Shown: one piece after another, positions 55,063 to 64,000 of the stretch
Layout of the letters: each line of letters opens with the position of its first letter
How positions within the stretch are numbered: position 1 is the stretch's first letter
Assembly (NCBI GenBank): GCA_947626145.1
Contig: CANQRB010000006.1
Coordinates: 66,089 to 130,088 of the forward strand
DNA length: 64,000 nucleotides
Origin: an uncultured Clostridia bacterium
GTDB taxonomy: Bacteria > Bacillota > Clostridia > UMGS1883
Reading direction: 5' to 3'
Made by a program: the position numbers and the translations under genes
The notes under the pieces: model-generated
Told to the model about the DNA's origin: nothing
Database searches by the model: none
Seen by the model: only the letters and a program-made list of their open reading frames with translations

Positions 55063-56172
55063 TCAGTTTCTCCCTGTCAATTCCTGTACTATATCCTTCG
55101 CCGCCGCCACGGTCTTGTCGATCTCGTCCTCGGAGGTATAGCGGCTGAGGCTGAAGCGTATGGCGTTGTCCGCCAGCTCCGCCCCCATGGCCTTAAGCAC
55201 ATGGCTGCCAACGCCTCTGGCACAGGCGCTGCCGCTGGAAACATAAATTTTCCGGAGGCTGAAGGCGTTAAGCATTACCTCGCTGCGGATGCCGGGGAAG
55301 GAAATATTGAGCACGTGGGGGGCGCCGTCGCCGCCGTTCTGCACCGTGCCGGGAATGGACATCAGTCCGTCGCGCAGCAGCTCCTTAAGCCGTGTCATTA
55401 TCTCATAATCCTTCGGCTTCATTTCCTCAAGGGCGGAGGTAAAGCCCGCTATGCAGGGCAGGTTTTCGGTGCCGCTGCGCAGTCCTCTCTCCTGACCGCC
55501 GCCCAAAGATGTGGTTTTTACCGTCACGCCGCTTTTGACAAACAGGGCACCGATCCCCCGTGGGCCGTGAATTTTGTGGCCGCTGAAGCTGGCCATGTCC
55601 ACGTCCCACTTTTTCAAGTCAATGGGAATATGACCCAGAGCCTGCACCGCGTCTGTGTGGAGCAGGGCACGGGGGGCTACTCTGTCAAGTATGGGTCTGA
55701 TCTTGTCCACGGGCATAATCGCGCCAGTCTCGTTGTTGACAGCCATGACCGACACAAGGCAGGTTTCGGGAGTGATGGCCTCCCGAATGGCGTCGATGCT
55801 GACGCCGCCGTCCCTTTCGGGTGGCAGAAAGACCACGTCAAAGCCCTGCTCTGCCAGCCGCTTCATGGGCTCCGCGACGGCGGGATGCTCCACGGCGGTG
55901 GTGACTACCCGACGGCCCTTTTTGATATTGGCGCCGCCCAGCACGGCTATGTTGTCGCTCTCGGTGCCGCCGCTGGTGAAATACAGCTCCTTCGGCTCGA
56001 TGCCAAGAGCCTTCGCCGCTCTTTTGCGGCAGGCCTCCAGCTCCTTTTCGGCCTCAAGGCCCAGTCTGTGACGGCTGGAGGGGTTGCCGGGAAATTTTAT
56101 CATGGCGTCCGCCGCCGAACGGATTACCTCCGGAGTCGGAAAGGTGGTCGCACAGTTGTCGAGATAAATCAT
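55063..56172 (-). CDS. Cysteine desulfurase (NifS/IscS class V aminotransferase)
   Basis: PLP lysine context SGHKIHGPRG and active-site Cys loop SSGSAC. Adjacent to thiI. Confidence 0.85.
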   Translation of the reverse strand: MIYLDNCATTFPTPEVIRSAADAMIKFPGNPSSRHRLGLEAEKELEACRKRAAKALGIEPKELYFTSGGTESDNIAVLGGANIKKGRRVVTTAVEHPAVAEPMKRLAEQGFDVVFLPPERDGGVSIDAIREAITPETCLVSVMAVNNETGAIMPVDKIRPILDRVAPRALLHTDAVQALGHIPIDLKKWDVDMASFSGHKIHGPRGIGALFVKSGVTVKTTSLGGGQERGLRSGTENLPCIAGFTSALEEMKPKDYEIMTRLKELLRDGLMSIPGTVQNGGDGAPHVLNISFPGIRSEVMLNAFSLRKIYVSSGSACARGVGSHVLKAMGAELADNAIRFSLSRYTSEDEIDKTVAAAKDIVQELTGRN

Positions 56173-56191
56173 TTTTGTCGCTCCTTTTTTA

Positions 56192-56605
56192 TTAAATTAC
56201 CATGAGCAGTGTCCCCGCTCCGATGAGAACGCAGCCCGCAACGGACTTCCATGTAAGCTGCTCGTGGAGGAAAACGAAGGCCAGCACAAGGGTTATTACC
56301 ACGCTGAGCTTGTCGATGGGCACAACCTTGGAGGCCTCGCCGATTTGAAGGGCCTTGTAGTAGCAGAGCCACGAGGCTCCGGTTGCCAGCCCCGACAGTA
56401 CGAGGAAGATCCAGCTTTTGCGGCTTATCTCCCCCATGCCTCCCTGTGCTCCGGTGATGAACACCATGACCCAGGCCATGACTACCACCACCACCGTCCT
56501 TATGGCCGTGGCAAGGTTGGAGTTGACCCCGTCGATGCCCACCTTGGCCAAAATCGACGTCAGGGCCGCGAATATCGAGGACAGCAGCGCGAATATAAAC
56601 CACAT
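56192..56605 (-). CDS. Small DMT/EamA-family membrane transporter (4 TM)
   Basis: 137 aa, 4 TM helices, EamA-like pattern. GGAGGG RBS. Confidence 0.5.
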   Translation of the reverse strand: MWFIFALLSSIFAALTSILAKVGIDGVNSNLATAIRTVVVVVMAWVMVFITGAQGGMGEISRKSWIFLVLSGLATGASWLCYYKALQIGEASKVVPIDKLSVVITLVLAFVFLHEQLTWKSVAGCVLIGAGTLLMVI

Positions 56606-56622
56606 ATAATTCCCTCCTCAGT

Positions 56623-57027
56623 TTACGTCCACAATGACGTTATGAACATCGGACTTGAATTTTCGGCCTTTTTGAAGCCCCGGGCCTCGTAAAAGCCCAG
56701 CTCGGCGTCATAGGCCACCACCACAATGCGCAGGTATTCCGAGTAGGTCTCTTTGACCTTTTCCACAAGCTCTTTTCCTATGCCCATGCCCTGATACTCC
56801 GGCTGCACAAGGAGATAATGGACATAGGCCGTCATAACGCCGTCGTCCATGGCGCAGATTAGGCCGACCAATTTATCCCCGTCCCAGGCGGAATACACGG
56901 TCTCAAAATTTTTCATGGCCGCCGCCAGCTTATCGGGGAAGCGGCCCGACGACCACTCCACGGACAGGAAAAGCTCCTGTAAGTCAGAGACGGAAAAATC
57001 ATGAGTCGATTTGTAGGTTATGGGCAT
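56623..57027 (-). CDS. GNAT family N-acetyltransferase
   Basis: Acetyl-CoA binding motif QGMGIGKELV. 134 aa. Confidence 0.7.
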   Translation of the reverse strand: MPITYKSTHDFSVSDLQELFLSVEWSSGRFPDKLAAAMKNFETVYSAWDGDKLVGLICAMDDGVMTAYVHYLLVQPEYQGMGIGKELVEKVKETYSEYLRIVVVAYDAELGFYEARGFKKAENSSPMFITSLWT

Positions 57028-57042
57028 AATATAAACCTCCCT

Positions 57043-58827
57043 TTACGCAAGTTCGTACTGGCTCGTACACAGCGCATAGTATCTGCCCTTTTGGGCCATA
57101 AGCTCCTCGTGGGTGCCGCTTTCCACAATTTGGCCGCCGTCGATGAACATAATGTTGTCCGCGCCCCGTATGGTGGACAGCCGGTGGGCTATCACAAAGC
57201 TGGTGCGCCCCTTGAGCAGCCGGGCAAGGCCGGTCTGGAGGGCCTGCTCGGTGCGGGTGTCGATGGAGGCCGTGGCCTCGTCCAGTATGAGAATTTTCGG
57301 GTCGGCGAGGAGCGCCCTCGCAAAGGAGATGAGCTGGCGCTGGCCCACGCTGAGACGGCTGCCCCGCTCGTTAACCTCGGTGTAGTAGCCGTTTTCAAGG
57401 GTCTGGATGAAGTCGTGGGCGCAGACGGTCTTTGCCGCGGCTATGACCTCCTCGTCGGTGGCATCCAGCCGGCCGTAGCGGATGTTGTCCATGACCGTGC
57501 CGCTGAAAATGAAGGTATCCTGAAGCATTACGCCCACCTGCGACCGCAGGGAGTGCAGAGTGTAGCGGGTGATGTTCTCCCCGTCGATGAGAATTTCGCC
57601 TCCCTGTATGTCATAGAACCGGCTCAGGAGGTTGATTATTGTGGTCTTGCCCGCTCCGGTGGGGCCCACGACGGCGATGTTTTTGCCCCGCTCAACGGAA
57701 AAGCTGAGGCCCTTGAGGATGTTCACGCCCTCCTCGTAGGCGAAGGTGACGTCCTTAAAGTCCACGTCGCCCTTTATGGGCGGCATCTCCACCGCTCCGG
57801 GCAGATTCTCCACAGTGGCGGGGGTGTCCATGACCTCAAAAATGCGCTCGAGGTAGGCGGCGGTGTTGATGAGCTGGTTATAGTAGTTGCACAGGGACAG
57901 CACCGGCGTCCAGAACAGGTTTACATAACCCACAAAGGCCACAAGGGTACCGGCGGTTATGCCGCCGCCCCCGAGGAGGTCGGCCCCGCCCACAAGGAAC
58001 ACCACGCAGGTGGTTATGGTGGATATGGTCTCCACCATGGGCCAGTTGCATATGTCGATTATCTTCGCCCGCATAAAGCTGGTGCGGACGTTCTCGCACT
58101 GGGTCTCGAAAATGCGCTGGTTTTCCTTTTCACGGCTGAAGGATTGGGTCACCTTTATGCCGCAGATGCTCTCGTGGATGTAGGCGTTGAGGTTGCTCTG
58201 CTTGGCGCTGTAATCCTGCCACACCCGGCGTTGCTTGTTCTTCATGGCGAAGATTATGCCGCCGAACACAAACACGCCGCAGAGGGTGATAAGGCTGAGC
58301 TTAAGGCTCAGGGTGAACATCAGGCCCATGGTAATAACGACGGTGAAAAGGTCGGTTATCAGGTTGATAAGGCCGCCGGTGAGCAGGTTGTTTATGGAGT
58401 TTACATAATTTATTACCCGCACCAAAATCTTGCCGTGGGGGCGGCTGTCGTAAAAGTCAAAGGGCAGTATCTGCAGGTGCTTGAAAATGTCCCGCCGCAG
58501 GTTGGCCACAAGGCTCTGTCCCACCTTGACGAGGGTCACCATGCGGAATTTCACGATTATGGCGTTGATGAGGTAGATTGCCACCAAAATCCCGCCCAAA
58601 ATCAGTATTCCCTTAAGATCTCCGGCGGGCAGGCGGTTGTCGATGGCCTCGCGGGTTATCATGGGTGCCAGCATATTCAGCAGGCTGGTCACCAGCATGA
58701 GGCCCACGGTGGCGAACATCAGCCACTTAAAGGGAACGAGGTAACGGGCCAGCCGCTTTATGTGGTCGAAGCTGAAGCTGCTTTCCAGCTTTTCGTCCAC
58801 GTCGAATTTATTCCTTGCCATCAGCAA
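57043..58827 (-). CDS. ABC exporter, fused permease/ATPase (half of heterodimer)
   Basis: 6 TM helices, Walker A GPTGAGKTT, signature LSVGQRQ and Walker B ILILDEATAS. Confidence 0.85.
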   Translation of the reverse strand: MLMARNKFDVDEKLESSFSFDHIKRLARYLVPFKWLMFATVGLMLVTSLLNMLAPMITREAIDNRLPAGDLKGILILGGILVAIYLINAIIVKFRMVTLVKVGQSLVANLRRDIFKHLQILPFDFYDSRPHGKILVRVINYVNSINNLLTGGLINLITDLFTVVITMGLMFTLSLKLSLITLCGVFVFGGIIFAMKNKQRRVWQDYSAKQSNLNAYIHESICGIKVTQSFSREKENQRIFETQCENVRTSFMRAKIIDICNWPMVETISTITTCVVFLVGGADLLGGGGITAGTLVAFVGYVNLFWTPVLSLCNYYNQLINTAAYLERIFEVMDTPATVENLPGAVEMPPIKGDVDFKDVTFAYEEGVNILKGLSFSVERGKNIAVVGPTGAGKTTIINLLSRFYDIQGGEILIDGENITRYTLHSLRSQVGVMLQDTFIFSGTVMDNIRYGRLDATDEEVIAAAKTVCAHDFIQTLENGYYTEVNERGSRLSVGQRQLISFARALLADPKILILDEATASIDTRTEQALQTGLARLLKGRTSFVIAHRLSTIRGADNIMFIDGGQIVESGTHEELMAQKGRYYALCTSQYELA

Positions 58828-60584
58828 ACGCCCCCTTTCACGGCTTCGGCTATGGCGGCGTCAAAGTTGCCGTACTGGGTGTCAAAGACCTCTTTGTACC
58901 TTCCGCCCAGAGCCAAAAGCTCCTCGTGGGTGCCCCGCTCGGCTATGCGCCCCTTTTCCATTACCAAAATCTGGTCAGCGTCCTTTACGGCGCTTATCCG
59001 GTGGGCGATTATGAAGGTGGTGCGTCCGGCGGAGAATTTTTTCAGCGTCTGCTGTATGTAATGCTCGGTTTCCATGTCCACACTGCTGGTGGTGTCGTCG
59101 AGAATGAGTATTGACGGATTTTTCAGTATGGCACGGGCAAGGGCTATGCGCTGCTTCTGCCCGCCGCTGAGGCCCACGCCCCGCTCGCCGATTATGGTGT
59201 CGTAGCCCTCGGGCATAGAGCGGATAAAGCCGTCGGCGTCGGCCATCTTCGCCGCCTCCACCACCTGCTCAAAGGGGGCGTCGGGGGCGCCGTAGGCGAT
59301 ATTGCCCTCGATAGTGTCGGAGAACAGGAAAATATCCTGCATGGCTATTGAAATACTCTGGCGCAGCGCCCGCAAATTCAGGTGCCGCACGTCGATGCCG
59401 TCCACAAGCACCTGCCCCTCGGTGGCGTCGTAAAAGCGGCAGATGAGGTTGGTCAGGGTGGACTTGCCGCTGCCGGTCTCGCCGATAATAGCCACGGTCT
59501 GGCCGGGCACGGCGGTAAAGCTGACGTGGTCGAGAACCTGTTCCTCCCCGTAGGAGAAGCTCACGTCCTTAAATTCCACTTTTCCGTCGAAGCTTTCCTT
59601 TTCCACATGGTTCTTTTCGGTGTGGATGCGGGGGCGTTCAAGGGTAAATTCCATTATTTTTTCGCCGCTGGCGATGGCGTTAAGGCTGTCGTTGATGAGC
59701 CAGCCCACGTTGCGCATGGGTGTGTTCAGGGCCCAGCTCATGGAGTTGAAGGTGACGAACTCGCCGGGGGTCATGTGCCCCCTTATTACCATTATTCCGC
59801 CGGCCACCAGCACTACCACGTTAAGGGAGTTGGCCAGAGTGTCAAGGATGGGTATGTAACGCTGGCCGATGCGGTTGGAGGCGATGTTGGCGTCACGGTA
59901 CTCCAGATTGGCCTTGTCGAACTTCTCCAGCTCGTAGTCCTCCCGGGCGAAGGCCCGAACCACACGGTTGCCGGAGATGTTCTCCTGAACGACGGTATTC
60001 AAACCGCTCAGCTTCTGCCTGGCGTTGCGGAAGGCGGGGCCCACGCGCCGGCCCATGGCCACGGCGAAAAAGGCGATGAGGGGCGTCACCGCCAGCAGGC
60101 ACAGGGTCAGCCGCCAGTTGATGAAGCCAAGAATAAACAGGGCCGAAAGGAAAAGGCAGGAGTTTTCAAGTATGCCGTTCAGCACCCAGGCCACGAAGTG
60201 GCGGACGCTGTCGATATCGCCGCTTAGGCGGTTCATGATGTCGCCGGTGCGGTTGTGGTCAAAAAAGTCAAAGTCCAGCTTGTGGAGGGACTTGTACAGG
60301 GCCACCCGTATGTTGTACACCACCTTCTGGCTGGTGCCCTCAAGTATGTAGTGGTCGATGATGCGGAATATGTCCTTTAAAACTATGGACAAAAACATCA
60401 GCACCACCAGAATGAGCAGCCGGTTCCGCATACCGTTGTAGAACACGTCGTCGATTATCCGGCCCGAAAGGTAGGGGCGGATGTTGCTAAGCACCGTGTT
60501 GATCATGGTCAGGCTCAGGGCGAAGATCATCCGGCCCATATAGGGGCGGATATACACGGAAAATAGCCATTTCAGGGTTTTCAT
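58821..60584 (-). CDS. ABC exporter, fused permease/ATPase (partner half)
   Basis: Walker A GETGSGKST, signature LSGGQKQR. 7-nt overlap with its partner. Confidence 0.85.
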   Translation of the reverse strand: MKTLKWLFSVYIRPYMGRMIFALSLTMINTVLSNIRPYLSGRIIDDVFYNGMRNRLLILVVLMFLSIVLKDIFRIIDHYILEGTSQKVVYNIRVALYKSLHKLDFDFFDHNRTGDIMNRLSGDIDSVRHFVAWVLNGILENSCLFLSALFILGFINWRLTLCLLAVTPLIAFFAVAMGRRVGPAFRNARQKLSGLNTVVQENISGNRVVRAFAREDYELEKFDKANLEYRDANIASNRIGQRYIPILDTLANSLNVVVLVAGGIMVIRGHMTPGEFVTFNSMSWALNTPMRNVGWLINDSLNAIASGEKIMEFTLERPRIHTEKNHVEKESFDGKVEFKDVSFSYGEEQVLDHVSFTAVPGQTVAIIGETGSGKSTLTNLICRFYDATEGQVLVDGIDVRHLNLRALRQSISIAMQDIFLFSDTIEGNIAYGAPDAPFEQVVEAAKMADADGFIRSMPEGYDTIIGERGVGLSGGQKQRIALARAILKNPSILILDDTTSSVDMETEHYIQQTLKKFSAGRTTFIIAHRISAVKDADQILVMEKGRIAERGTHEELLALGGRYKEVFDTQYGNFDAAIAEAVKGGVC

Positions 60585-60609
60585 GGGAAAAATCAGATCC
60601 TTTGACGTA

Positions 60610-60643
60610 GAATTAGGAATTAGGAATGAGGAATGAGGAATAC
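60610..60643. repeat. Solitary heptamer array (GGAATKA)x5
   Basis: gaatta ggaatta ggaatga ggaatga ggaatac, between the NTase stop and the ABC exporter start. Confidence 0.55.
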
Positions 60644-60697
60644 CTGACGGCGGTAATCAGCAATTCCCGTGCGCTGTCAAGCCTGTATTTGCTCAAA

Positions 60698-61036
60698 TCA
60701 ACCAATTTTCTTCCCCTCCCTTGCAATATTGCGGTAATAGGGCAGTACATTTTTGTATTCCTCAAATTCGCTGCGGGGTATCACCGTGGGAGAGATTATT
60801 ACGTCGTTTTCCAGTCCCAACTCGGCGGCCATATCCCAGACGGACTTAAGCTTGCGTTGCAGCTCGGCTCGGTCGCCCTCCACAATGGCAGCAATGTCTA
60901 TGTCGGAATTTTCGTCAAAATCCTCTCTGGCATATGAACCGTAGAGAAATATGCAGTCCACGTTTTCGCCGTAAACACTGCGGAAATATCCCGCCACTAT
61001 CCTTGAAAGCTCACGGGCCTTCGGTTCGGGACACAT
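60698..61036 (-). CDS. Minimal nucleotidyltransferase (MNT/Pol-beta superfamily) protein, orphan
   Basis: GSYAREDFDENSDIDI is the GS...DxD NTase motif. 113 aa. AAAGGAGGT RBS. The track ORF is over-extended at its 5' end. Confidence 0.7.
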   Translation of the reverse strand: MCPEPKARELSRIVAGYFRSVYGENVDCIFLYGSYAREDFDENSDIDIAAIVEGDRAELQRKLKSVWDMAAELGLENDVIISPTVIPRSEFEEYKNVLPYYRNIAREGKKIG

Positions 61037-61050
61037 AATATGACCTCCTT

Positions 61051-63225
61051 TTATTCCAGCTTTATCTGTACGGTTCCGCTGTCCTCCTCCTTGAGGAAGT
61101 ATCCGGCGGAGGGAATACTCCTTGACCGGTAGCCGTCGGGGGACTTGAGGCAGTCCTCGGGCAGGGCCATGGTCTTGAGCAGGCTCTTGCGGCGGAGGGT
61201 CATAACCTGTACGCCCTGAGCCGTGCGGCTGGTCTTGGTGAGAATGGCGGCGGTGTTGAACACAAGGCACTTGTCAGCGGTGCTTATGAGGGCGACGTCC
61301 CTGTCCTCGGGGACGTACATGGCTCCTATCAGGTTGCCCTTGCCGTAGGCTCCGGTCAGGCGCCTGCGGTTGGTCTTGGTTGCATAGCCGTTCATGTCTA
61401 TCTTGGCTATTTTGCCGTTGTCAAAGGCGAAGAGCATAAAGCCCTTGTAGTCAAAGGCGGGGGTGGCGTACACTATCCGCTCGCCCTCCTCCATGCCAAT
61501 GATATTCGGCAGATAGTCGCCCATGGCGCTGACGCGGGTATCGCCGATGTCCTTAAGCCGCAGCTTGTAGCAGTTTTGCCGGTCGGAGAAGAACAGCATA
61601 TCCTGTTTGTTGGAGGTCTCGGCGGAGCAGATTATTTCATCCCCCTCCTTGAGCTTGTGGTCGCCGCTGCTCCGGAGGGAAACGAGAGTCACCTTTTTGA
61701 AGTAGTTTTCACGAGTCATGAACACCCGCACCCGATAGTCGTCAGTTTCGTCCTCGTCCTCCTCTATGGGAACGTCCTCCACGGTGATTATCTGGGTCTT
61801 GCGGGGCTTGGCGTACTTTTTTTCGATGTCGGTGAGCTGCTTTATTATCAGCCTGTGTATGAGCTTTTCGCTGCCGGCGGTTTTCCGCAGGTCGGCGATG
61901 TCCTTTGTCAGGGCCTCTATTTCGGCGGTACGCTTTAAAATGTAGTCTTTGTTCAGGTTGCGCAGCTTTATCTCCGCCACGAACTCCGCCTGTATCTTAT
62001 CTATGCCGAAGCCCTCCATCAGATTGGGCACCACCATGGAGTCGTCCTCGGTGTGGCGGACGATGTAAATGGCCTTGTCGATGTCCAGCAGTATCTTTTC
62101 CAGACCCTGCAAAAGGTGGAGGCGGGCCTCTTTGTTCTCCGCGTCGTAGACGCACATCCGGCGCAGACTTTCGGTGCGGAAGTCCACCCACTCGGCCAGT
62201 ATCTCCTTTATGCCCAAAACCTTAGTTTCACCGCCGGTGAGTATGTTGTAGTTACAGCCGAAGCTGTCCTCCAGAGTGGTCTTGTCGTAAAGCTTTTGCA
62301 TCAGCTTTTCCGGATCGGCCCCGCGTTTGAGGTCGATGGTGAGCCGCAGGCCGTTTATATCGGTCTCGTCCCGTACGTCGTTTATCTCCTTGATCTTGCC
62401 GGCCTTCATCAGCTCGGCTATCTTTTCTATTATCACCTCGACGCAGGTGGAGTAGGGTATTTCGGTTATCTCCACGGTGTTGGATTTCTTGTTGTATATA
62501 TATTTGCCACGAACCTTTATGCTGCCGCTGCCGGTCTCATATATCTGATCCAGCGCCGCTTTGTCATAGACGAGATAACCGCCGGTGGAGAAGTCCGGCC
62601 CCAGAATGTATTCCCGCAGGTCGGCCTTTTCGTCCTTGAGATAGGCGATGGTCGCGTCGCAGACCTCTTTTAAATTGTAGGAGGCGATGCGGCTGGCCAT
62701 GCCCACGGCGATGCCCATGTTGGGATTTACAAGAATGTTCGGGAAGGCCGTGGGCAGCAGCACCGGTTCGGTCATGGTGCCGTCGTAGTTGTCGATAAAG
62801 TCCACGGTGTTCTTGTCTATGTCACGGAAAATTTCCTCGCATATGGGGGTCAGCTTTACCTCGGTGTATCGGGGGGCGGCGTAGGCCATGTCCCGGCTGT
62901 ACTGCTTGCCGAAGTTGCCCTTGGAGTCCACAAAGGGGTGGAGCAGGGCCTCGTTGCCCTCGGTGAGGCGAACCATGGTCTCGTATATGGCGGCGTCGCC
63001 GTGAGGGTTGAGCTTCATGGCCTCGCCAACCACGGTGGCGCTCTTGGTGCGCTTGCCCTTCAGCAGGCCGCGCTTGTACATCATGTAAAGCAGCTTGCGG
63101 TGGGAGGGCTTGAAGCCGTCTATCTCCGGAATGGCCCGGGAGAGGATGACGCTCATGGCGTAGGGCATGAAGTTGTTTTCCAGAGTGCGGGTGATGCCCT
63201 CCGGTCTGGCCTTGTGATCCGGCAT
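61051..63225 (-). CDS. Type IIA DNA topoisomerase subunit A (ParC/GyrA-like)
   Basis: Active-site Tyr region (AAMRYTE-like AYAAPRYTE). 724 aa. AGGAGGT RBS. Confidence 0.85.
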   Translation of the reverse strand: MPDHKARPEGITRTLENNFMPYAMSVILSRAIPEIDGFKPSHRKLLYMMYKRGLLKGKRTKSATVVGEAMKLNPHGDAAIYETMVRLTEGNEALLHPFVDSKGNFGKQYSRDMAYAAPRYTEVKLTPICEEIFRDIDKNTVDFIDNYDGTMTEPVLLPTAFPNILVNPNMGIAVGMASRIASYNLKEVCDATIAYLKDEKADLREYILGPDFSTGGYLVYDKAALDQIYETGSGSIKVRGKYIYNKKSNTVEITEIPYSTCVEVIIEKIAELMKAGKIKEINDVRDETDINGLRLTIDLKRGADPEKLMQKLYDKTTLEDSFGCNYNILTGGETKVLGIKEILAEWVDFRTESLRRMCVYDAENKEARLHLLQGLEKILLDIDKAIYIVRHTEDDSMVVPNLMEGFGIDKIQAEFVAEIKLRNLNKDYILKRTAEIEALTKDIADLRKTAGSEKLIHRLIIKQLTDIEKKYAKPRKTQIITVEDVPIEEDEDETDDYRVRVFMTRENYFKKVTLVSLRSSGDHKLKEGDEIICSAETSNKQDMLFFSDRQNCYKLRLKDIGDTRVSAMGDYLPNIIGMEEGERIVYATPAFDYKGFMLFAFDNGKIAKIDMNGYATKTNRRRLTGAYGKGNLIGAMYVPEDRDVALISTADKCLVFNTAAILTKTSRTAQGVQVMTLRRKSLLKTMALPEDCLKSPDGYRSRSIPSAGYFLKEEDSGTVQIKLE

Positions 63226-63306
63226 GGCGATACCTCCTATATCAAAAATCTCTTTAATAATAGCACAGTTTTTACCGTTTGTCCAGTGTTTGAGGAAAAT
63301 TTTTTC

Positions 63307-63334
63307 TTGACATTTTACTTTAGTGTAGTATAAT
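63307..63334 (+). promoter_or_regulatory. Sigma-A promoter for the zinc-ribbon membrane protein gene
   Basis: TTGACA-ttttactttagtgtag-TATAAT. Confidence 0.5.
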
Positions 63335-63371
63335 AATTATGTAAAAAACGAACCCGATCGGAGGGATAAAA

Positions 63372-64000
63372 ATGATATGCAAAAACTGCGGCGGCGTCCT
63401 CGATGAAGGCGCCAAATTCTGCCGTTTCTGCGGCTCTCCCGCCGAAGAAAGGCCCATCCCGCCGGAGGGCGGGGCGCCGCGGCCCGCTTCGGATAAAAAA
63501 ACCGCCGTCAGAAGGGCGCTGTGTTCGGTTTTTGCCGTTCTGACCCTGTTGTCCCTGAACATGAGCTGGCTGAAAATACATATAGAGCTTCCGTCGGTGG
63601 ACGCGCTGTCGGGTATGGCGGCGGACGGCGGCGGGCCGGGCATCGACCTCTCCCTTAGCGTGCTGAAGCTCACCGACCTTATATGCCGCTCCAACGAGCT
63701 TGTGGCCCGGGCCGCCGAAACAATGACCGACGTCTACGGCCCGGCGGGTCAGGGAGTTATTGACGCCCGGGAGCTGAACGGCGCCATGGGGATAGTCGTG
63801 CTGTTCCTCTGCTTCGTTTCCGCCCTTATAGCAATCGCTATTGTCTGTCTGGGCTGCTTTCTCTGTCTTGGGGACCTGCTGCCGAGGGCGTCGGCGGTTC
63901 TGGGGCAGGCCGGCGGAGCCCTGGCCTTTACGGCCTCGGGAATATTCGGCTCCGTGGCCTTCATCGTCGGCAGGGCCGTGGAGGAGGCCGGCGGAGGGTC
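63372..64000 (+). CDS. Zinc-ribbon domain membrane protein (partial, continues beyond the window)
   Basis: ATG 63372 with GGAGGG RBS. N-terminal CxxC...CxxC ribbon (MICKNCGGVLDEGAKFCRFCG), then TM segments. No stop before the window end, so absent from the ORF track. Confidence 0.55.
   Translation, partial: MICKNCGGVLDEGAKFCRFCGSPAEERPIPPEGGAPRPASDKKTAVRRALCSVFAVLTLLSLNMSWLKIHIELPSVDALSGMAADGGGPGIDLSLSVLKLTDLICRSNELVARAAETMTDVYGPAGQGVIDARELNGAMGIVVLFLCFVSALIAIAIVCLGCFLCLGDLLPRASAVLGQAGGALAFTASGIFGSVAFIVGRAVEEAGGG

Overview
This window is a high-GC (about 60%) chromosomal stretch from a Firmicute, probably a sporulating Clostridia/Oscillospiraceae-type organism. It is mostly core housekeeping genes with several small accessory patches.

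A long minus-strand array runs miaB - ymcA-like - mutS - mutL - miaA - hfq - HlyD-like - ylmE - sepF - ylmH - ileS - lspA - rluD. Other identifiable genes include the spoVFA/spoVFB dipicolinate synthase pair, hflX, ppiB, gap, truA, cinA, thiI, a cysteine desulfurase, a heterodimeric ABC exporter, initiator tRNA-fMet(CAT) and tRNA-Leu(CAA) (each with a consensus sigma-A promoter), both subunits of a type IIA topoisomerase placed about 56 kb apart, and a truncated cardiolipin synthase at the left edge.

Accessory content includes a 2424-aa secreted MBG/Big_2 repeat protein, a MORN-repeat secreted protein, an APH-family phosphotransferase, a SHOCT-like triple-repeat secreted protein, a BspA-type LRR/WG protein, a lone XerD-like tyrosine recombinase, an orphan MNT-type nucleotidyltransferase, and a three-gene operon of unknown function.

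The most unusual signal that is not a gene is a dispersed mosaic family of intergenic repeats. It combines heptameric (GGAATKA)n arrays, a conserved roughly 70-bp hairpin-containing module, GC-rich palindromic modules, and two inverted-repeat-bounded non-coding elements at roughly 5100-5810 and 6350-6582. Copies occur in at least six intergenic sites. The window also holds a duplicated tRNA-fMet 3' end that brackets a single small ORF, which looks like an integration scar.

No CRISPR array, restriction-modification system or recognisable prophage was found. Hand-derived coordinates for RNAs, promoters and repeats are approximate to within a few nucleotides.
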